Shown: positions 47,684 through 59,665 of the stretch, in pieces | Position numbering within the stretch: position 1 is the first letter of the stretch | Layout of the letters: each line of letters opens with the position of its first letter | Assembly: GCA_001508335.1 (NCBI GenBank) | Contig: LGFX01000003.1 | Coordinates: 75,500 to 139,499, forward strand | Source of the DNA: a candidate division TA06 bacterium 32_111 | Lineage (GTDB): Bacteria > Hydrothermota > 32-111 | Reading direction: 5' to 3' | Length of the DNA: 64,000 bases | Translations under genes and position numbers: made by a program | Notes under the pieces: generated by a model | Databases searched by the model: none | What the model was told of the DNA's origin: nothing | The model's input: only the letters and a program-made list of their open reading frames with translations

Positions 47684-48318
47684 TTAAAAATAAAACCTCT
47701 CTCTTTGTACCATAATACAAAATCGAGATGTTCCAAAGGAATGTTAAGTTTTTTCGAAAATTTTCTCATATCTTCCTCAATTTCTATATACCTTTTTCTT
47801 GAAATGGAAGAAGGTATATTTTTTATTATATAATATTCTTTTAAGTTTTTCAATATATGTCTATCAAGTATAGCGAGATCCTTCCCATAACCAATGTTTC
47901 TCAAAAAATGTGTAGCTTCTTTATAACCCATACCTTTAACATTTTTTACGAGGAACTCTCTTTTATCGAAATTACTTTCAATCTTTTTGAGTTCTTCAAA
48001 AAAATTTTCCTTAGAAAATTTTTCATTGTAAAAATGGTGAATATACTTTGATTTATTGTTTGGAAACCTAACCCCATAAAGACAACCTTTTATTTTCTCT
48101 TTCTCGTTTAACACCCTTTCTCCTTCCTCTTTTATCCGTTCAACAGAACTCCAGCATAAGGTAGCTTTCGATTGAGGGGTCAAAAGACAGAAAAAAAGTT
48201 CATATAAAAGTTCCATATCAGTCATATTTTTTCCATTTCTTTCAAATTCTTTAATCCTTTTAACTATGTCTTTTTTGATTTTTTTGTAGATTTTTAAAAG
48301 TTCGACATTTTTTTTCAT
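47680..48318 (-). CDS. ogg: 8-oxoguanine DNA glycosylase, Ogg2-type (HhH-GPD)
   Basis: 212 aa; VKGMGYKEATHFLRNIGYGKDLAILDRHI (HhH, catalytic K and D). Confidence 0.7.
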   Translation of the reverse strand: MKKNVELLKIYKKIKKDIVKRIKEFERNGKNMTDMELLYELFFCLLTPQSKATLCWSSVERIKEEGERVLNEKEKIKGCLYGVRFPNNKSKYIHHFYNEKFSKENFFEELKKIESNFDKREFLVKNVKGMGYKEATHFLRNIGYGKDLAILDRHILKNLKEYYIIKNIPSSISRKRYIEIEEDMRKFSKKLNIPLEHLDFVLWYKERGFIFK

Positions 48319-48324
48319 ATTTCA

Positions 48325-48362
48325 AAATTATAATTATTACAACTTTAAAATAATTATAATTT
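48325..48362. promoter_or_regulatory. Per-box-like palindrome upstream of the ogg-perR-...-rbr operon
   Basis: Perfect 14-bp inverted repeat AAATTATAATTATT-N10-AATAATTATAATTT; the left arm contains TTATAATTATTACAA, 14/15 to the B. subtilis Per box TTATAATNATTATAA; 7-44 nt upstream of the ogg start. Confidence 0.55.
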
Positions 48363-48381
48363 AATTTTTGAAATTGTCAAG

Positions 48382-49263
48382 TTATTTTATGTGAGGGTGA
48401 TGTGCAACCAATCTCAATTTATCTTTTAAAACTTTAATGTAAAATCTTTTTCCTTTCACAAACTGTCCATCTATCTGACCTTTCAGTTCCTCTTTTGTTT
48501 CAATAATTATTTCATCAATTCTTTGCATTATAACCCTTCTATCATCTTTATGTTTCTTTAGAAGAACTTTTAGAAGATAGTAAGGCTTTAAATAGAATGG
48601 AACGTGTTTTATAAGACATATATCAAGTTTATCATCATCAGGCTTCGCATCTGGAGTTAAAAAGAATCCTCCTCCAACTGCCTTTCCGTTACTTATACAT
48701 GTTATATAAAATTTATCCTTTAAAACTTCCTCTTTATCTATTTTTATCTTTACTTTAGGTGGTTTATAGGTGAAAAGTTTCAACAAAACGAAAACCATAT
48801 ATGCGAATAGTCCTTTAAGTTTTAGTTTTTTTCTATCCATCTCTTCAATAACTTCCCCATCAAAACCGATCCCTATAGCGTTTACACCAATTTTTTCGTT
48901 AATTGAAAAAAGGTTGAGGTTTGAAAATTTTTCTGTTGTGAACAGTTCTTTTAAAGAGAGAAGGTTTATAGATTTTATGAAGTCGTTTCCAGTTCCAGTG
49001 CTTATGAATCTAACAGGATAATTCAAAGGGTACATTCCGTTGACAATCTCATTTAAAGTTCCATCACCACCTATTACAACAAGATCTGTAAAATCCTCTG
49101 AGAGCCACTCTTTTAAATTTCTTTGAGCGTCAAATTTTTCTTTAGTGTATTTGATGATAAAATCGATCTGAAGTTCTTTTAAAACTTTCTCTACCTGGTT
49201 TAAAATTTTTAAACCTCTCCCTTTTCCTGCCTGGGGATTGATAATAACAAGATATTTTTTCAT
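48382..49263 (-). CDS. Diacylglycerol/lipid kinase family protein (DagK/YegS-like)
   Basis: 293 aa; VIINPQAGKGRG, VIGGDGTLNE. Confidence 0.85.
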   Translation of the reverse strand: MKKYLVIINPQAGKGRGLKILNQVEKVLKELQIDFIIKYTKEKFDAQRNLKEWLSEDFTDLVVIGGDGTLNEIVNGMYPLNYPVRFISTGTGNDFIKSINLLSLKELFTTEKFSNLNLFSINEKIGVNAIGIGFDGEVIEEMDRKKLKLKGLFAYMVFVLLKLFTYKPPKVKIKIDKEEVLKDKFYITCISNGKAVGGGFFLTPDAKPDDDKLDICLIKHVPFYLKPYYLLKVLLKKHKDDRRVIMQRIDEIIIETKEELKGQIDGQFVKGKRFYIKVLKDKLRLVAHHPHIK

Positions 49264-49526
49264 GAAATAATTTTAATCTTAGCAATAAAAATTTCAACAT
49301 TTTTTTTTATATTCTTAACTATTTTGAATTGAAAAAGAATTTTAACTTAAAGAAACAATTTTGAAGTAAAAAAATTATTTTTTTAAAAGTTAACTGATAA
49401 AAGTTTTTCCTTTAGCAATTTTTTACATTGAAAACAGTTTTAATTGGGTTATATTACAAAATAGGGATAAAATTGATTTTTTAAACCTTTATGAGGTATC
49501 TCTATAAAAATTTAAAAGGAGGGAAA

Positions 49527-50942
49527 ATGAAAAAAGGAGCAATCATTACATTGCTGCTTTGTACTTTAGTAGTTTCACATTGTTTCTTTAATTCTTCAAA
49601 AGTAGAGTATGACTATCTTTTAAGTGTATATGAAGATATTATAATACCACCTTCTGGGACAGAGAATGGATGGATAACTATAATTGGTGGTAACCATACA
49701 GGTCAATACTATGTTTCGTGTGATGGTAATGATAGTAATCCTGGAACTTTAGATAAACCTTTTAAAACTATATCTTATGGTGTTTCAAAACTTCAACCTA
49801 AAGATACCCTTGTAATTTTTGCAAAAAATAGGGATGAAAGGCCTGTAATTGCAGGTGAGAACAACCTTATCTCTGCTTTTGATATTTCAAATTGCCAGTA
49901 TTTAAGAATTGAAAACCTTGAAATAACAAGTAACAATGGAAAAGAATTTCGTGAAGCGATTTCTGGGACTGGAGGTCCTGTTGCTCATATAATACTTAAA
50001 GATCTATATATACATCATATTGATGAATTTGCTATAGATATTGGGGATGCAAATGATTTGCAGTTAATAGATTGTAAGATTACCTATTGTGGATTTGGAT
50101 GTGTGGGAGGTCCCGAAGGAACCCAAGGTGGTCTGAGAAACGTTTTGATAAGTGGTTGCGATCTTTCATATAGTGGTCATTACTACCAAGGAGGTGATGG
50201 TTCAAATCGTCCCTATGATAGACCAGATGGATTTGGAATAGAAGCATCAGAAGGACCTATTGAAATAAAAAATACACAGGCAACACATAACTATGGAGAT
50301 GGTCTTGACTCAAAGGCAAAAAGGACATATATACACGAATGTATTGTAGCAAACAATTCCTGTGATGGGGTAAAATTATGGGGAGATTCTTCAAGGGTTG
50401 TAAACACATTAATATATGGAAGAGGTGATGGTAATTCAACAACAACTCCTTGGTCACCTATTGTGATAAGTACTGAAAATGAAAACTCCTATTTTGAGAT
50501 TATTAATTGCACCGTTGATGATTCTATAGGAGAAAATTATTTAATGCATGTTCAATATGATTTTTCAGATATCCCTGTTAATTTAAAAATAGTAAACACA
50601 ATATTCTCAAGTAGGGGAAACAATGCCCCTGTTATATGGATTTCAGAGAATGTAAATTATGAGATTACCTACAACCTTTTCTATGCTCCAAAAGATGATA
50701 GATTGTTGATACAGAGTGATACAACATACGCATCATCCCAGGTTGGTCAAATCGGAACAGGCAATATTTATGGAGACCCTTTATTTAACAATGTTGCCTG
50801 GGGAACTGATGGGAATTACCATTTGAAAAGCGGAAGTTTGGGTATTGATATGGGTTATTCTCTAAGTGCTCCAAGTATCGATCTTGAAGGGATATCAAGA
50901 CCCAAAGGAAATGGGGTAGATATAGGATGTTTTGAACAGTAG
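49527..50942 (+). CDS. Secreted right-handed parallel beta-helix repeat protein (lipoprotein; hypothetical)
   Basis: Start at MKKGAII (AAAAGGAGGG RBS); signal/lipobox ...VVSHC; PbH1-like repeats; C-terminus NGVDIGCFEQ typical of beta-helix proteins. Confidence 0.55.
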   Translation: MKKGAIITLLLCTLVVSHCFFNSSKVEYDYLLSVYEDIIIPPSGTENGWITIIGGNHTGQYYVSCDGNDSNPGTLDKPFKTISYGVSKLQPKDTLVIFAKNRDERPVIAGENNLISAFDISNCQYLRIENLEITSNNGKEFREAISGTGGPVAHIILKDLYIHHIDEFAIDIGDANDLQLIDCKITYCGFGCVGGPEGTQGGLRNVLISGCDLSYSGHYYQGGDGSNRPYDRPDGFGIEASEGPIEIKNTQATHNYGDGLDSKAKRTYIHECIVANNSCDGVKLWGDSSRVVNTLIYGRGDGNSTTTPWSPIVISTENENSYFEIINCTVDDSIGENYLMHVQYDFSDIPVNLKIVNTIFSSRGNNAPVIWISENVNYEITYNLFYAPKDDRLLIQSDTTYASSQVGQIGTGNIYGDPLFNNVAWGTDGNYHLKSGSLGIDMGYSLSAPSIDLEGISRPKGNGVDIGCFEQ

Positions 50943-51040
50943 AAAAATTTTACATCATGTATATTTTCTAAAGTATTTTTAAAAAAACTTTAAAAATTTT
51001 AGATTCTTAAAATTATTATAATCCTTGTATTTGTCTAAAC

Positions 51041-51068
51041 TTGACATTATCAACTTATCAAGTATAAT
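51041..51068 (+). promoter_or_regulatory. Strong sigma70 promoter for the V-type ATPase operon (TTGACA-16-TATAAT)
   Basis: aacTTGACAttatcaacttatcaagTATAATttt; about 25 nt upstream of GGAG-N5-GTG at 51094. Confidence 0.65.
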
Positions 51069-51093
51069 TTTATTTTTTAAAAAAGGAGATTTT

Positions 51094-51405
51094 GTGGTTG
51101 AATCAATTATAAAATCGATAAAAGAATCGGAAGATAAAGCAAAAGAGATCGTTGATCTCGCTAAAAAGGAAAAATCAGAAATAATCTCAAAAAGTGAAGT
51201 AGAAGCAAAAAATATTTTACTTGATGCAGAGAAAGAAGGTAAAAAGATTATTGATAAGGCTAAAGAAGAAGCGGTAAAGGATGCCCAAAAGAAAGTTGAC
51301 CAGATAAAAAAAGATTATGAAAAAATTATCAAAGAGATAGATAAAAAAGCAGAGTCCAAAAAGGAAAAAGTTTTAAAAGAACTTGTTAAGGAGTTTTTAA
51401 ACTAA
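51094..51405 (+). CDS. V/A-type ATPase small peripheral-stalk subunit (G/H-like; E. hirae NtpF-like)
   Basis: GTG start after GGAG; 103-aa Lys/Glu-rich coiled coil; first gene of the operon. The longer ORF from 51025 has no RBS. Confidence 0.6.
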   Translation: MVESIIKSIKESEDKAKEIVDLAKKEKSEIISKSEVEAKNILLDAEKEGKKIIDKAKEEAVKDAQKKVDQIKKDYEKIIKEIDKKAESKKEKVLKELVKEFLN

Positions 51406-53399
51406 TGGCTGTAGCAAAACTGAAAAAAATTCTCCTTGTAACACATAAAGATAGTGAAAAGGAAATTCTTGAAAGGTTAAAGACTAAATTTTTCGTTGAG
51501 ATCCGTCCATTCACTCTAAATGTTGAAAATGATGTAGATATAAAAGCAAAAAAATTTAATGAAAATGTAAAAATACTTGAAAACTCTCTTGAGGTTATAA
51601 ACAAATACAAAGGTATTTTCAAATACCTTGCAAAACAGGGGAAGGTTGTAGTTAAAAGGAGTGAGTATTTACAGATTTCGAAAAATGAAAAGATACTTGA
51701 TATAGCAAAAGATATAGTTGATACAGATAAAAAAATCGAAGAGATAAATTCAAAGATAAAAAATCTAAAGAGTGAAATAAACCATCTTGCAGTTTGGAAT
51801 GTTTTTACTGGAAAACTTGAAGATTTAAAAGATTTTGGAAATTATACACTCCTTCTTGGAAAGATAAATTTAAAGAATATAAAAAAAGAGGAATTTGAAA
51901 AGAGTTTTGAAGGGAAGAATTTATCTGTTGAAGAGTTAAACACTGATGGAGATTTTGCATACTATATTATAGGTTATCTTAACTCTGAAAAGGAAAGTGT
52001 TGAGGAGTTGCTTTTAAAGTCAGCCTTTGAAAATGCTATCTTTGAAAACATGAGTGGAACCATAGAGGAGAATATCCTTTTGAAAAGGGATCAGATAAAA
52101 CATACTGAAAATGATAAGAAAAAATTATCAGAAAAGATAAAAATTTTGATGGAAAAGTATGAAAAGGAGATTACCGTATATTTAGAGTACTCTTTAGAGC
52201 AGGAAAAGATCTACGATATATTTTCAAATTCTTATAAAACAGAGAAGACATCCTTCTACACTCTATGGATAAAACAGGAAGATTTTGAAAAGATAAAAGG
52301 GTTGAAAGATGATTTTAAGTATGTTGAAATTTTTGAAATTGAACTTGAAGAAGGTGAAGAGCCACCTATAATACTTGAAAACAAAAAAGTTCTGAAACCT
52401 TTTGAAATGGTAACATCAATGTTCGGTGTTCCAAGATATTATGAGATAGACCCAACACCTTTTATAGGTGTTTTCTTTGGATTGTTCTTTGGTCTATGTA
52501 TAACCGATGCAATATACGGTTTGATACTTATGATTTTGACTTTGATACTTCTAATAAAGATTCCAAAAACAAGAGGTGGTCTTATACAACTTATGTTTTA
52601 CGGAGGTTTCTGGACATTTATTATGGGAGCGCTTTTCTCCGGTTGGTTTGGAGATCTTCCAAATTATATAAATCTTGGAAAGTACACTTCAAAAATCGCT
52701 CTTCTTGGAGATCCTGTAAACACCTTTGAGGGTGCTATGAACTTTTTTAGATTATCTTTACTTCTCGGGGTTTTCCACATAATGTTTGGACTTTCGATAA
52801 AATTTTTCGACAACATTTTCAAAAAGGATTATCAAACCGCATTCTTTGATAGTTTTGTATGGATAACATATATAGGTTCTGTTATTCTTATGTTTCTTGG
52901 AACGGAGATGGCTGTTAGCATGGATTTAGTAAAAAAGCCTCTTGTTTCTATGGGTGTTGTTAAAGTACTTGGTTTCGTAACGTTGATCTCCGCTTTAACC
53001 ATAATTATCTTCTCCAACAGAAACGAAAAAAGTTGGTTTATGAGAATATTTATGGGAATTTTGAACGCAACTATAGTTGGAGGTCTTTCATCCTATGTTG
53101 GAGATATACTCTCATACATAAGGTTGATGGCTTTAGGTCTTACCAGTGCTGGAATAGGTGTTGCTATAAACAAGATAGCATTCTCAATGACCGAAATAAA
53201 ATTTCTAGGACCAATTTTAACTGTAATAGTTTTACTTTTTGGACACCTTTTTAATCTTGCTATAAACCTTTTGGGTGGTTTTGTTCACACCTTAAGGTTA
53301 CATTTTGTTGAGTTCTTCAACAAATTTTATAGTGGTGGCGGAATACCTTTCAGAGAGTTCAAGGAAGAATACAAATATATAACAATAATTGAGGATTAA
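51405..53399 (+). CDS. atpI: V/A-type ATPase subunit I (a-subunit, membrane stator)
   Basis: 664 aa; N-terminal soluble coiled-coil half plus C-terminal polytopic half containing a conserved Arg region (LRLHFVEFF). Confidence 0.88.
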   Translation: MAVAKLKKILLVTHKDSEKEILERLKTKFFVEIRPFTLNVENDVDIKAKKFNENVKILENSLEVINKYKGIFKYLAKQGKVVVKRSEYLQISKNEKILDIAKDIVDTDKKIEEINSKIKNLKSEINHLAVWNVFTGKLEDLKDFGNYTLLLGKINLKNIKKEEFEKSFEGKNLSVEELNTDGDFAYYIIGYLNSEKESVEELLLKSAFENAIFENMSGTIEENILLKRDQIKHTENDKKKLSEKIKILMEKYEKEITVYLEYSLEQEKIYDIFSNSYKTEKTSFYTLWIKQEDFEKIKGLKDDFKYVEIFEIELEEGEEPPIILENKKVLKPFEMVTSMFGVPRYYEIDPTPFIGVFFGLFFGLCITDAIYGLILMILTLILLIKIPKTRGGLIQLMFYGGFWTFIMGALFSGWFGDLPNYINLGKYTSKIALLGDPVNTFEGAMNFFRLSLLLGVFHIMFGLSIKFFDNIFKKDYQTAFFDSFVWITYIGSVILMFLGTEMAVSMDLVKKPLVSMGVVKVLGFVTLISALTIIIFSNRNEKSWFMRIFMGILNATIVGGLSSYVGDILSYIRLMALGLTSAGIGVAINKIAFSMTEIKFLGPILTVIVLLFGHLFNLAINLLGGFVHTLRLHFVEFFNKFYSGGGIPFREFKEEYKYITIIED

Positions 53400-53405
53400 G
53401 GAGGA

Positions 53406-53951
53406 ATGATGAATAACTTTGTTTTGTTACAATCACTTTTCACTCAGGTTGATACCACAGGTGTTGTTAACACTGCGACAGAAGTTGTAAAATCTTCTCC
53501 ATGGGGATTCATATTTGCTCTGCTCGGTGCAGCGATAGCTGCTCTACTTGGAGGTATAGGTTCTGTTTTTGGAATCAGTTATCCAGCAAAAGCTGCAGAT
53601 GGAGTTCTTTCCGAATCACCAGAAAAATTTGGTGCATTGTTCTTGCTCGTCGCTCTTCCCGGAACACAGGGTTTCTATGGATTCGTTGGAGCATTTTTGA
53701 TTCTTGGAAAGTTAACGATGGTTACAACATTCAATCAGGGTCTTTCTCTGTTTATAGCAGCATTACCTGTTGCGGTAGCAGGTTTGATTTCTGCAATATA
53801 TCAGGGAAAAACATGCGCTGCTGGTGTTGCACTTGTTGCAAAAAGAGCTGATCAGTCAATGAAAGGTGTAATAAATGCTGCTTTGATAGAAACATACGCT
53901 GTTTTAGGACTACTTGTTTCATTCTTCTTAATTAACGCAGTAAAACTATAA
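53406..53951 (+). CDS. atpK: V/A-type ATPase proteolipid subunit K (c-ring)
   Basis: 181 aa, four hydrophobic helices, Gly/Ala-rich (GAAIAALLGGIGS...). Confidence 0.85.
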   Translation: MMNNFVLLQSLFTQVDTTGVVNTATEVVKSSPWGFIFALLGAAIAALLGGIGSVFGISYPAKAADGVLSESPEKFGALFLLVALPGTQGFYGFVGAFLILGKLTMVTTFNQGLSLFIAALPVAVAGLISAIYQGKTCAAGVALVAKRADQSMKGVINAALIETYAVLGLLVSFFLINAVKL

Positions 53952-53959
53952 GAGGAATT

Positions 53960-54541
53960 ATGGCTCAGTTAGATAACCTTTCCAAAAAGATTGTTGATGA
54001 TGCTTTGAATGAAAAGGAAAAGATTTTGAATGAAGCGAAAGAGGAGAGAGAAAAGATTTTAAATGACGCTAAAGAGAAAGCAAAAAAGATTTTAGAAAGT
54101 TATAAGGTTAAATCTGAACAGGTTTATAAGGAAACCTTTTCAAACACCTTCTATACTGGAGAATCTCTTTTGAAACAAGAAATTTTAAAAAGGAAAAAAG
54201 AGCATATAGAGGACATACTTTCAAAGTTGAAAGAAGAGATAAAAAATCTTGATGAGAAGAGATTTAAGGAGTTTGTAAAAAGGTCTTTTCAGAAAGAGAA
54301 GATAGTGGATGGAGAGTTTATAATCGGGAAGGAAGAAAATAGGATAGATGAAAAGTTTATAACAAAAGAGTTATCAAAGAAACTAAAAAAATCTTCCTTA
54401 GAGCCAGATTTTGAAAAAGGTCTGAAAATAGTTTCAAACAAAACAGTATTTATAATCTCTCCAGAGGATGAGTTTGACTTTCTCTATGATGAACTCTACC
54501 TTAAAACTAACAGGAAACTTTTTGAAGAGGAGAATATTTGA
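53960..54541 (+). CDS. atpE: V/A-type ATPase subunit E
   Basis: 193 aa charged coiled-coil protein; position in operon. Confidence 0.75.
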   Translation: MAQLDNLSKKIVDDALNEKEKILNEAKEEREKILNDAKEKAKKILESYKVKSEQVYKETFSNTFYTGESLLKQEILKRKKEHIEDILSKLKEEIKNLDEKRFKEFVKRSFQKEKIVDGEFIIGKEENRIDEKFITKELSKKLKKSSLEPDFEKGLKIVSNKTVFIISPEDEFDFLYDELYLKTNRKLFEEENI

Positions 54542-55557
54542 ACTCTTTTGAAGTGAAATTGAAAGAAAATACCGAATACCTTTTCAGTTTTGGTGAACTT
54601 GTTCAGAGGGAGAGAGAGTTTCTTTCTAAGGATCAATTTGAAAGGCTGATAACCTCAAACTCTTTCGATGAGTTTGTTAAAAATCTTTCCGAAACATACT
54701 ATTCTGTATATACTGAAGATCTAAAAAAACAGAAGGATTTTTCTTTTGTTATGGAGAAGGAAAATTTTTTAACCATAGATTACCTTCAGAAGAATCTTCT
54801 CGAGAAGGATAGAAAACTGATAAACTTCCTTACACTCGATAGGGATATTCACAATGTGAAAGTTGTTGTTAAATCAACGATACTTGGGAAAGACCTAAAA
54901 GAAATTTTTTTACATTCTACCTACTCTTATGAAAGTTTAAAAGAATCTTATGAATCTGGAAATTTTGAAAAACTTGAAGGGAACATAAAAGATGTTCTTG
55001 AATATGCCTACTTTCTGAAACCGGAAAAAGAAAATTTAAGGATAGTTGAGTTGAAACTTGAACAGTTATTTTTTAAAAAACTTCTAAAATATATCAGTTT
55101 ATCAGGTTCAGAACTTCTTTTGAAACTTTTCAGACACAGGGTTGATATGTTGAACATAAAGAATGTTTACAGGGTAAAGATATCTTCCATGAATATAAAA
55201 TCAAAAGATTTTATCTATCCTGAAGGTTATTTGCCTCTTGAATTTTTTGAAGAGTTTGATGATGAGAACCTTGATTATTTTGCAAGTGAACTTGAGAAGA
55301 GTATTTATGTCAGGATGATAATGGAAGGAGCTTTTCTGGCTTTCTCAGAAAAAACTTTCACGTCCTTTGAAAAGAATGAAGAGAAGTTCGTTTTGGATTT
55401 CCTTTCAAAATCTGAAGAGTTTTTACCAACACTTGAAAGGATACTTTTCTTTTTCATAAAAAAAAGGTTCGAAACAAGATCTTTAAACATAATTTTTACA
55501 GGTGTTGTTAACAATATCCCTAAGGATAAGATACGAAACAGGATACCACAATTATGA
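54538..55557 (+). CDS. atpC: V/A-type ATPase subunit C (d-subunit homologue)
   Basis: 339 aa helical protein; position between E and F. Confidence 0.75.
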   Translation: MNSFEVKLKENTEYLFSFGELVQREREFLSKDQFERLITSNSFDEFVKNLSETYYSVYTEDLKKQKDFSFVMEKENFLTIDYLQKNLLEKDRKLINFLTLDRDIHNVKVVVKSTILGKDLKEIFLHSTYSYESLKESYESGNFEKLEGNIKDVLEYAYFLKPEKENLRIVELKLEQLFFKKLLKYISLSGSELLLKLFRHRVDMLNIKNVYRVKISSMNIKSKDFIYPEGYLPLEFFEEFDDENLDYFASELEKSIYVRMIMEGAFLAFSEKTFTSFEKNEEKFVLDFLSKSEEFLPTLERILFFFIKKRFETRSLNIIFTGVVNNIPKDKIRNRIPQL

Positions 55558-55877
55558 ATAAAGCTAAAATTGGAGCAATAGGTGAAAATGATGTAATGCT
55601 TATCTTCAAAGCCATAGGTGTTGATGTTTTCCCTGTTGAAAAGGTTGATCAGGCTAGTGAAATTTTAAATAAACTCGTAAAATCTGGCTATGGGATAATC
55701 TTTATTACAGAATCCCTTGCCAAGAATCTTGATGAACAGATAAAAAAATATCTCTCTTTACCTTTACCATCAATAGTTGTTCTTCCAGGTCTTAAAGAGA
55801 GAAACGATTACGCTATAGAACTTTTGAGAAAATCGATAATAAAGGCTGTTGGTGTAGATGTGATGAAAGAAAAATAA
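55554..55877 (+). CDS. atpF: V/A-type ATPase subunit F
   Basis: 107 aa; KIGAIGENDVMLIFKAIGVDVFPV. Confidence 0.8.
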   Translation: MNKAKIGAIGENDVMLIFKAIGVDVFPVEKVDQASEILNKLVKSGYGIIFITESLAKNLDEQIKKYLSLPLPSIVVLPGLKERNDYAIELLRKSIIKAVGVDVMKEK

Positions 55878-55887
55878 TGGAGTTTTT

Positions 55888-57648
<1,761 letters not shown>

Positions 57649-57658
57649 AGGAGTTTGA

Positions 57659-59035
57659 ATGATAAAGGAATACAAAGGTCTTGTTAACATAATGGGTCCA
57701 CTTATCCTTGTTGAGGGAGTGAGTGGTGTGAAATATGAAGAACTTGTGGAGATAGAACTGCCTGATGGAAGCAAGAAGAATGGAAAAGTCCTTGAGGTCA
57801 ATCAGGATAAGGCACTTGTTCAGGTTTTTGAAGGTACTACAGGTATAGATATTGATAAGACGAGAACAAGATTTCTTGGACATGGTATAAATATAGGTGT
57901 CTCGAAGGATATGCTTGGAAAAGTTTACAATGGTCTTGGAAAACCAAAAACTGAAAATGATAGGATAATACCTGAAGAGAACCTTGATATAAATGGAGCA
58001 CCTATAAATCCTTTTGCAAGAGATTATCCAAACGAGTTCATCCAAACAGGTATCTCAACAATAGATGGTTTGAACACTCTCGTAAGGGGACAAAAACTAC
58101 CAATATTTTCAGGAAGCGGATTACCACATAACAAGATGGCTGCACAGATTGCAAGACAGGCTACAGTTCTTGGAAAGGACGAGCAGTTTGCTGTTGTTTT
58201 TGGAGCTATGGGTATAACTTTTGAGGAAGCACAATTTTTTATAGATGATTTTAAAAAGACAGGTGCTATAACAAGAGCTGTTCTATTTTTAAACCTTGCC
58301 GACGACCCTGCAATTGAAAGAATTGCAACCCCAAGAGTTGCTCTGACAACCGCAGAGTTTTTAGCATTCAAACATGATATGCATGTTCTTGTAATTTTAA
58401 CGGATATGACAAACTATTGTGAAGCGTTAAGAGAGATTTCTGCAGCAAGAAAAGAGGTTCCAGGAAGAAGAGGTTATCCTGGATACCTTTACACAGATCT
58501 TTCAACGATATACGAAAGAGCGGGAAGGATAAAAGGAAAGAAAGGATCTATAACCCTTATTCCAATATTGACTATGCCTGAAGATGATAAAACACATCCT
58601 ATACCAGACCTTACAGGTTATATTACAGAAGGACAAATAATACTTTCAAGATCTTTGAATAGAAAAAAGATCTCTCCACCAGTTGATATTCTACCTTCGC
58701 TTTCAAGGTTGAAAGATAAAGGTATCGGAAAGGGAAAAACTAGAGAAGATCATGCCGATCTTTTCAACCAGTTATACGCTTCCTATGCGAGAGGAAAAGA
58801 GGCTGAGGAACTTGCTGTTATTCTTGGAGAGAGTGCTTTGACAGATATGGATAAAGTTTATTTAAAATTCGCTCAGGATTTTGAAGATCAGTATATCTCT
58901 CAGGGAGATTATGAAAACAGAACTATAGAACAGACACTTAACCTTGGATGGAAACTCCTATCAATCTTCCCGAAAGAGGAGTTGAAAAGAATTAGAGACG
59001 AAAACATTGAAAAATACTATAAAAAGGTTGAATGA
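57659..59035 (+). CDS. atpB: V/A-type ATPase regulatory subunit B
   Basis: 458 aa; [26 protein letters not shown]. Confidence 0.95.
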   Translation: MIKEYKGLVNIMGPLILVEGVSGVKYEELVEIELPDGSKKNGKVLEVNQDKALVQVFEGTTGIDIDKTRTRFLGHGINIGVSKDMLGKVYNGLGKPKTENDRIIPEENLDINGAPINPFARDYPNEFIQTGISTIDGLNTLVRGQKLPIFSGSGLPHNKMAAQIARQATVLGKDEQFAVVFGAMGITFEEAQFFIDDFKKTGAITRAVLFLNLADDPAIERIATPRVALTTAEFLAFKHDMHVLVILTDMTNYCEALREISAARKEVPGRRGYPGYLYTDLSTIYERAGRIKGKKGSITLIPILTMPEDDKTHPIPDLTGYITEGQIILSRSLNRKKISPPVDILPSLSRLKDKGIGKGKTREDHADLFNQLYASYARGKEAEELAVILGESALTDMDKVYLKFAQDFEDQYISQGDYENRTIEQTLNLGWKLLSIFPKEELKRIRDENIEKYYKKVE

Positions 59036-59655
59036 TGATAATGAATATCAATGCGACTCGAATGGAGTTGCAAAAACTCAAAAAAAGAGTAAAGATTGCC
59101 AGAAGAGGGCATAAACTTTTGAAGGATAAACAGGACGAGTTGATGAGACAGATGCTCTCTCAAATAGATGAAGTTAAATCAAAAAGAATAGAGATAGAAA
59201 AAGAGTTCCAGTCGATTTTACAATCTTTTGTTCTTGCTCAAAGTGAACTTGGAAAGGAACAGATGGAAGAATCTTTGTCTCTCCCAACGAAGGAGGTTTC
59301 TGTTCTTGTTGAAACTAAAAGTTTGATGTCCGTAAAGATTCCAGAGTTTAAAAAAGAGGTATCTGGAGATATTATCTGTTATGGATTTTTGAACACATCT
59401 GGAGAGATGGATTTTGCACTATTGAAATTTGAAAAGTTCCTTGACACTTTGATCAACCTTGCCCAGATGGAAAAGAAAGTTCAACTTCTCGCTGATGAGA
59501 TAGATAAAACAAGAAGAAGAGTTAACGCTTTGGAGTATAAACTTATACCTACACTTGAAGATACGATAAAATATATAACAATGAAACTTGCAGAGATAGA
59601 AAGATCCAACCTTACAAGGTTGATGAAAGTTAAAGATATTGTTAGAAAGCACTAA
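59032..59655 (+). CDS. atpD: V/A-type ATPase subunit D (central stalk)
   Basis: 207 aa; [27 protein letters not shown]. Confidence 0.88.
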   Translation: MMIMNINATRMELQKLKKRVKIARRGHKLLKDKQDELMRQMLSQIDEVKSKRIEIEKEFQSILQSFVLAQSELGKEQMEESLSLPTKEVSVLVETKSLMSVKIPEFKKEVSGDIICYGFLNTSGEMDFALLKFEKFLDTLINLAQMEKKVQLLADEIDKTRRRVNALEYKLIPTLEDTIKYITMKLAEIERSNLTRLMKVKDIVRKH

Positions 59656-59665
59656 AGGAGGAAGG

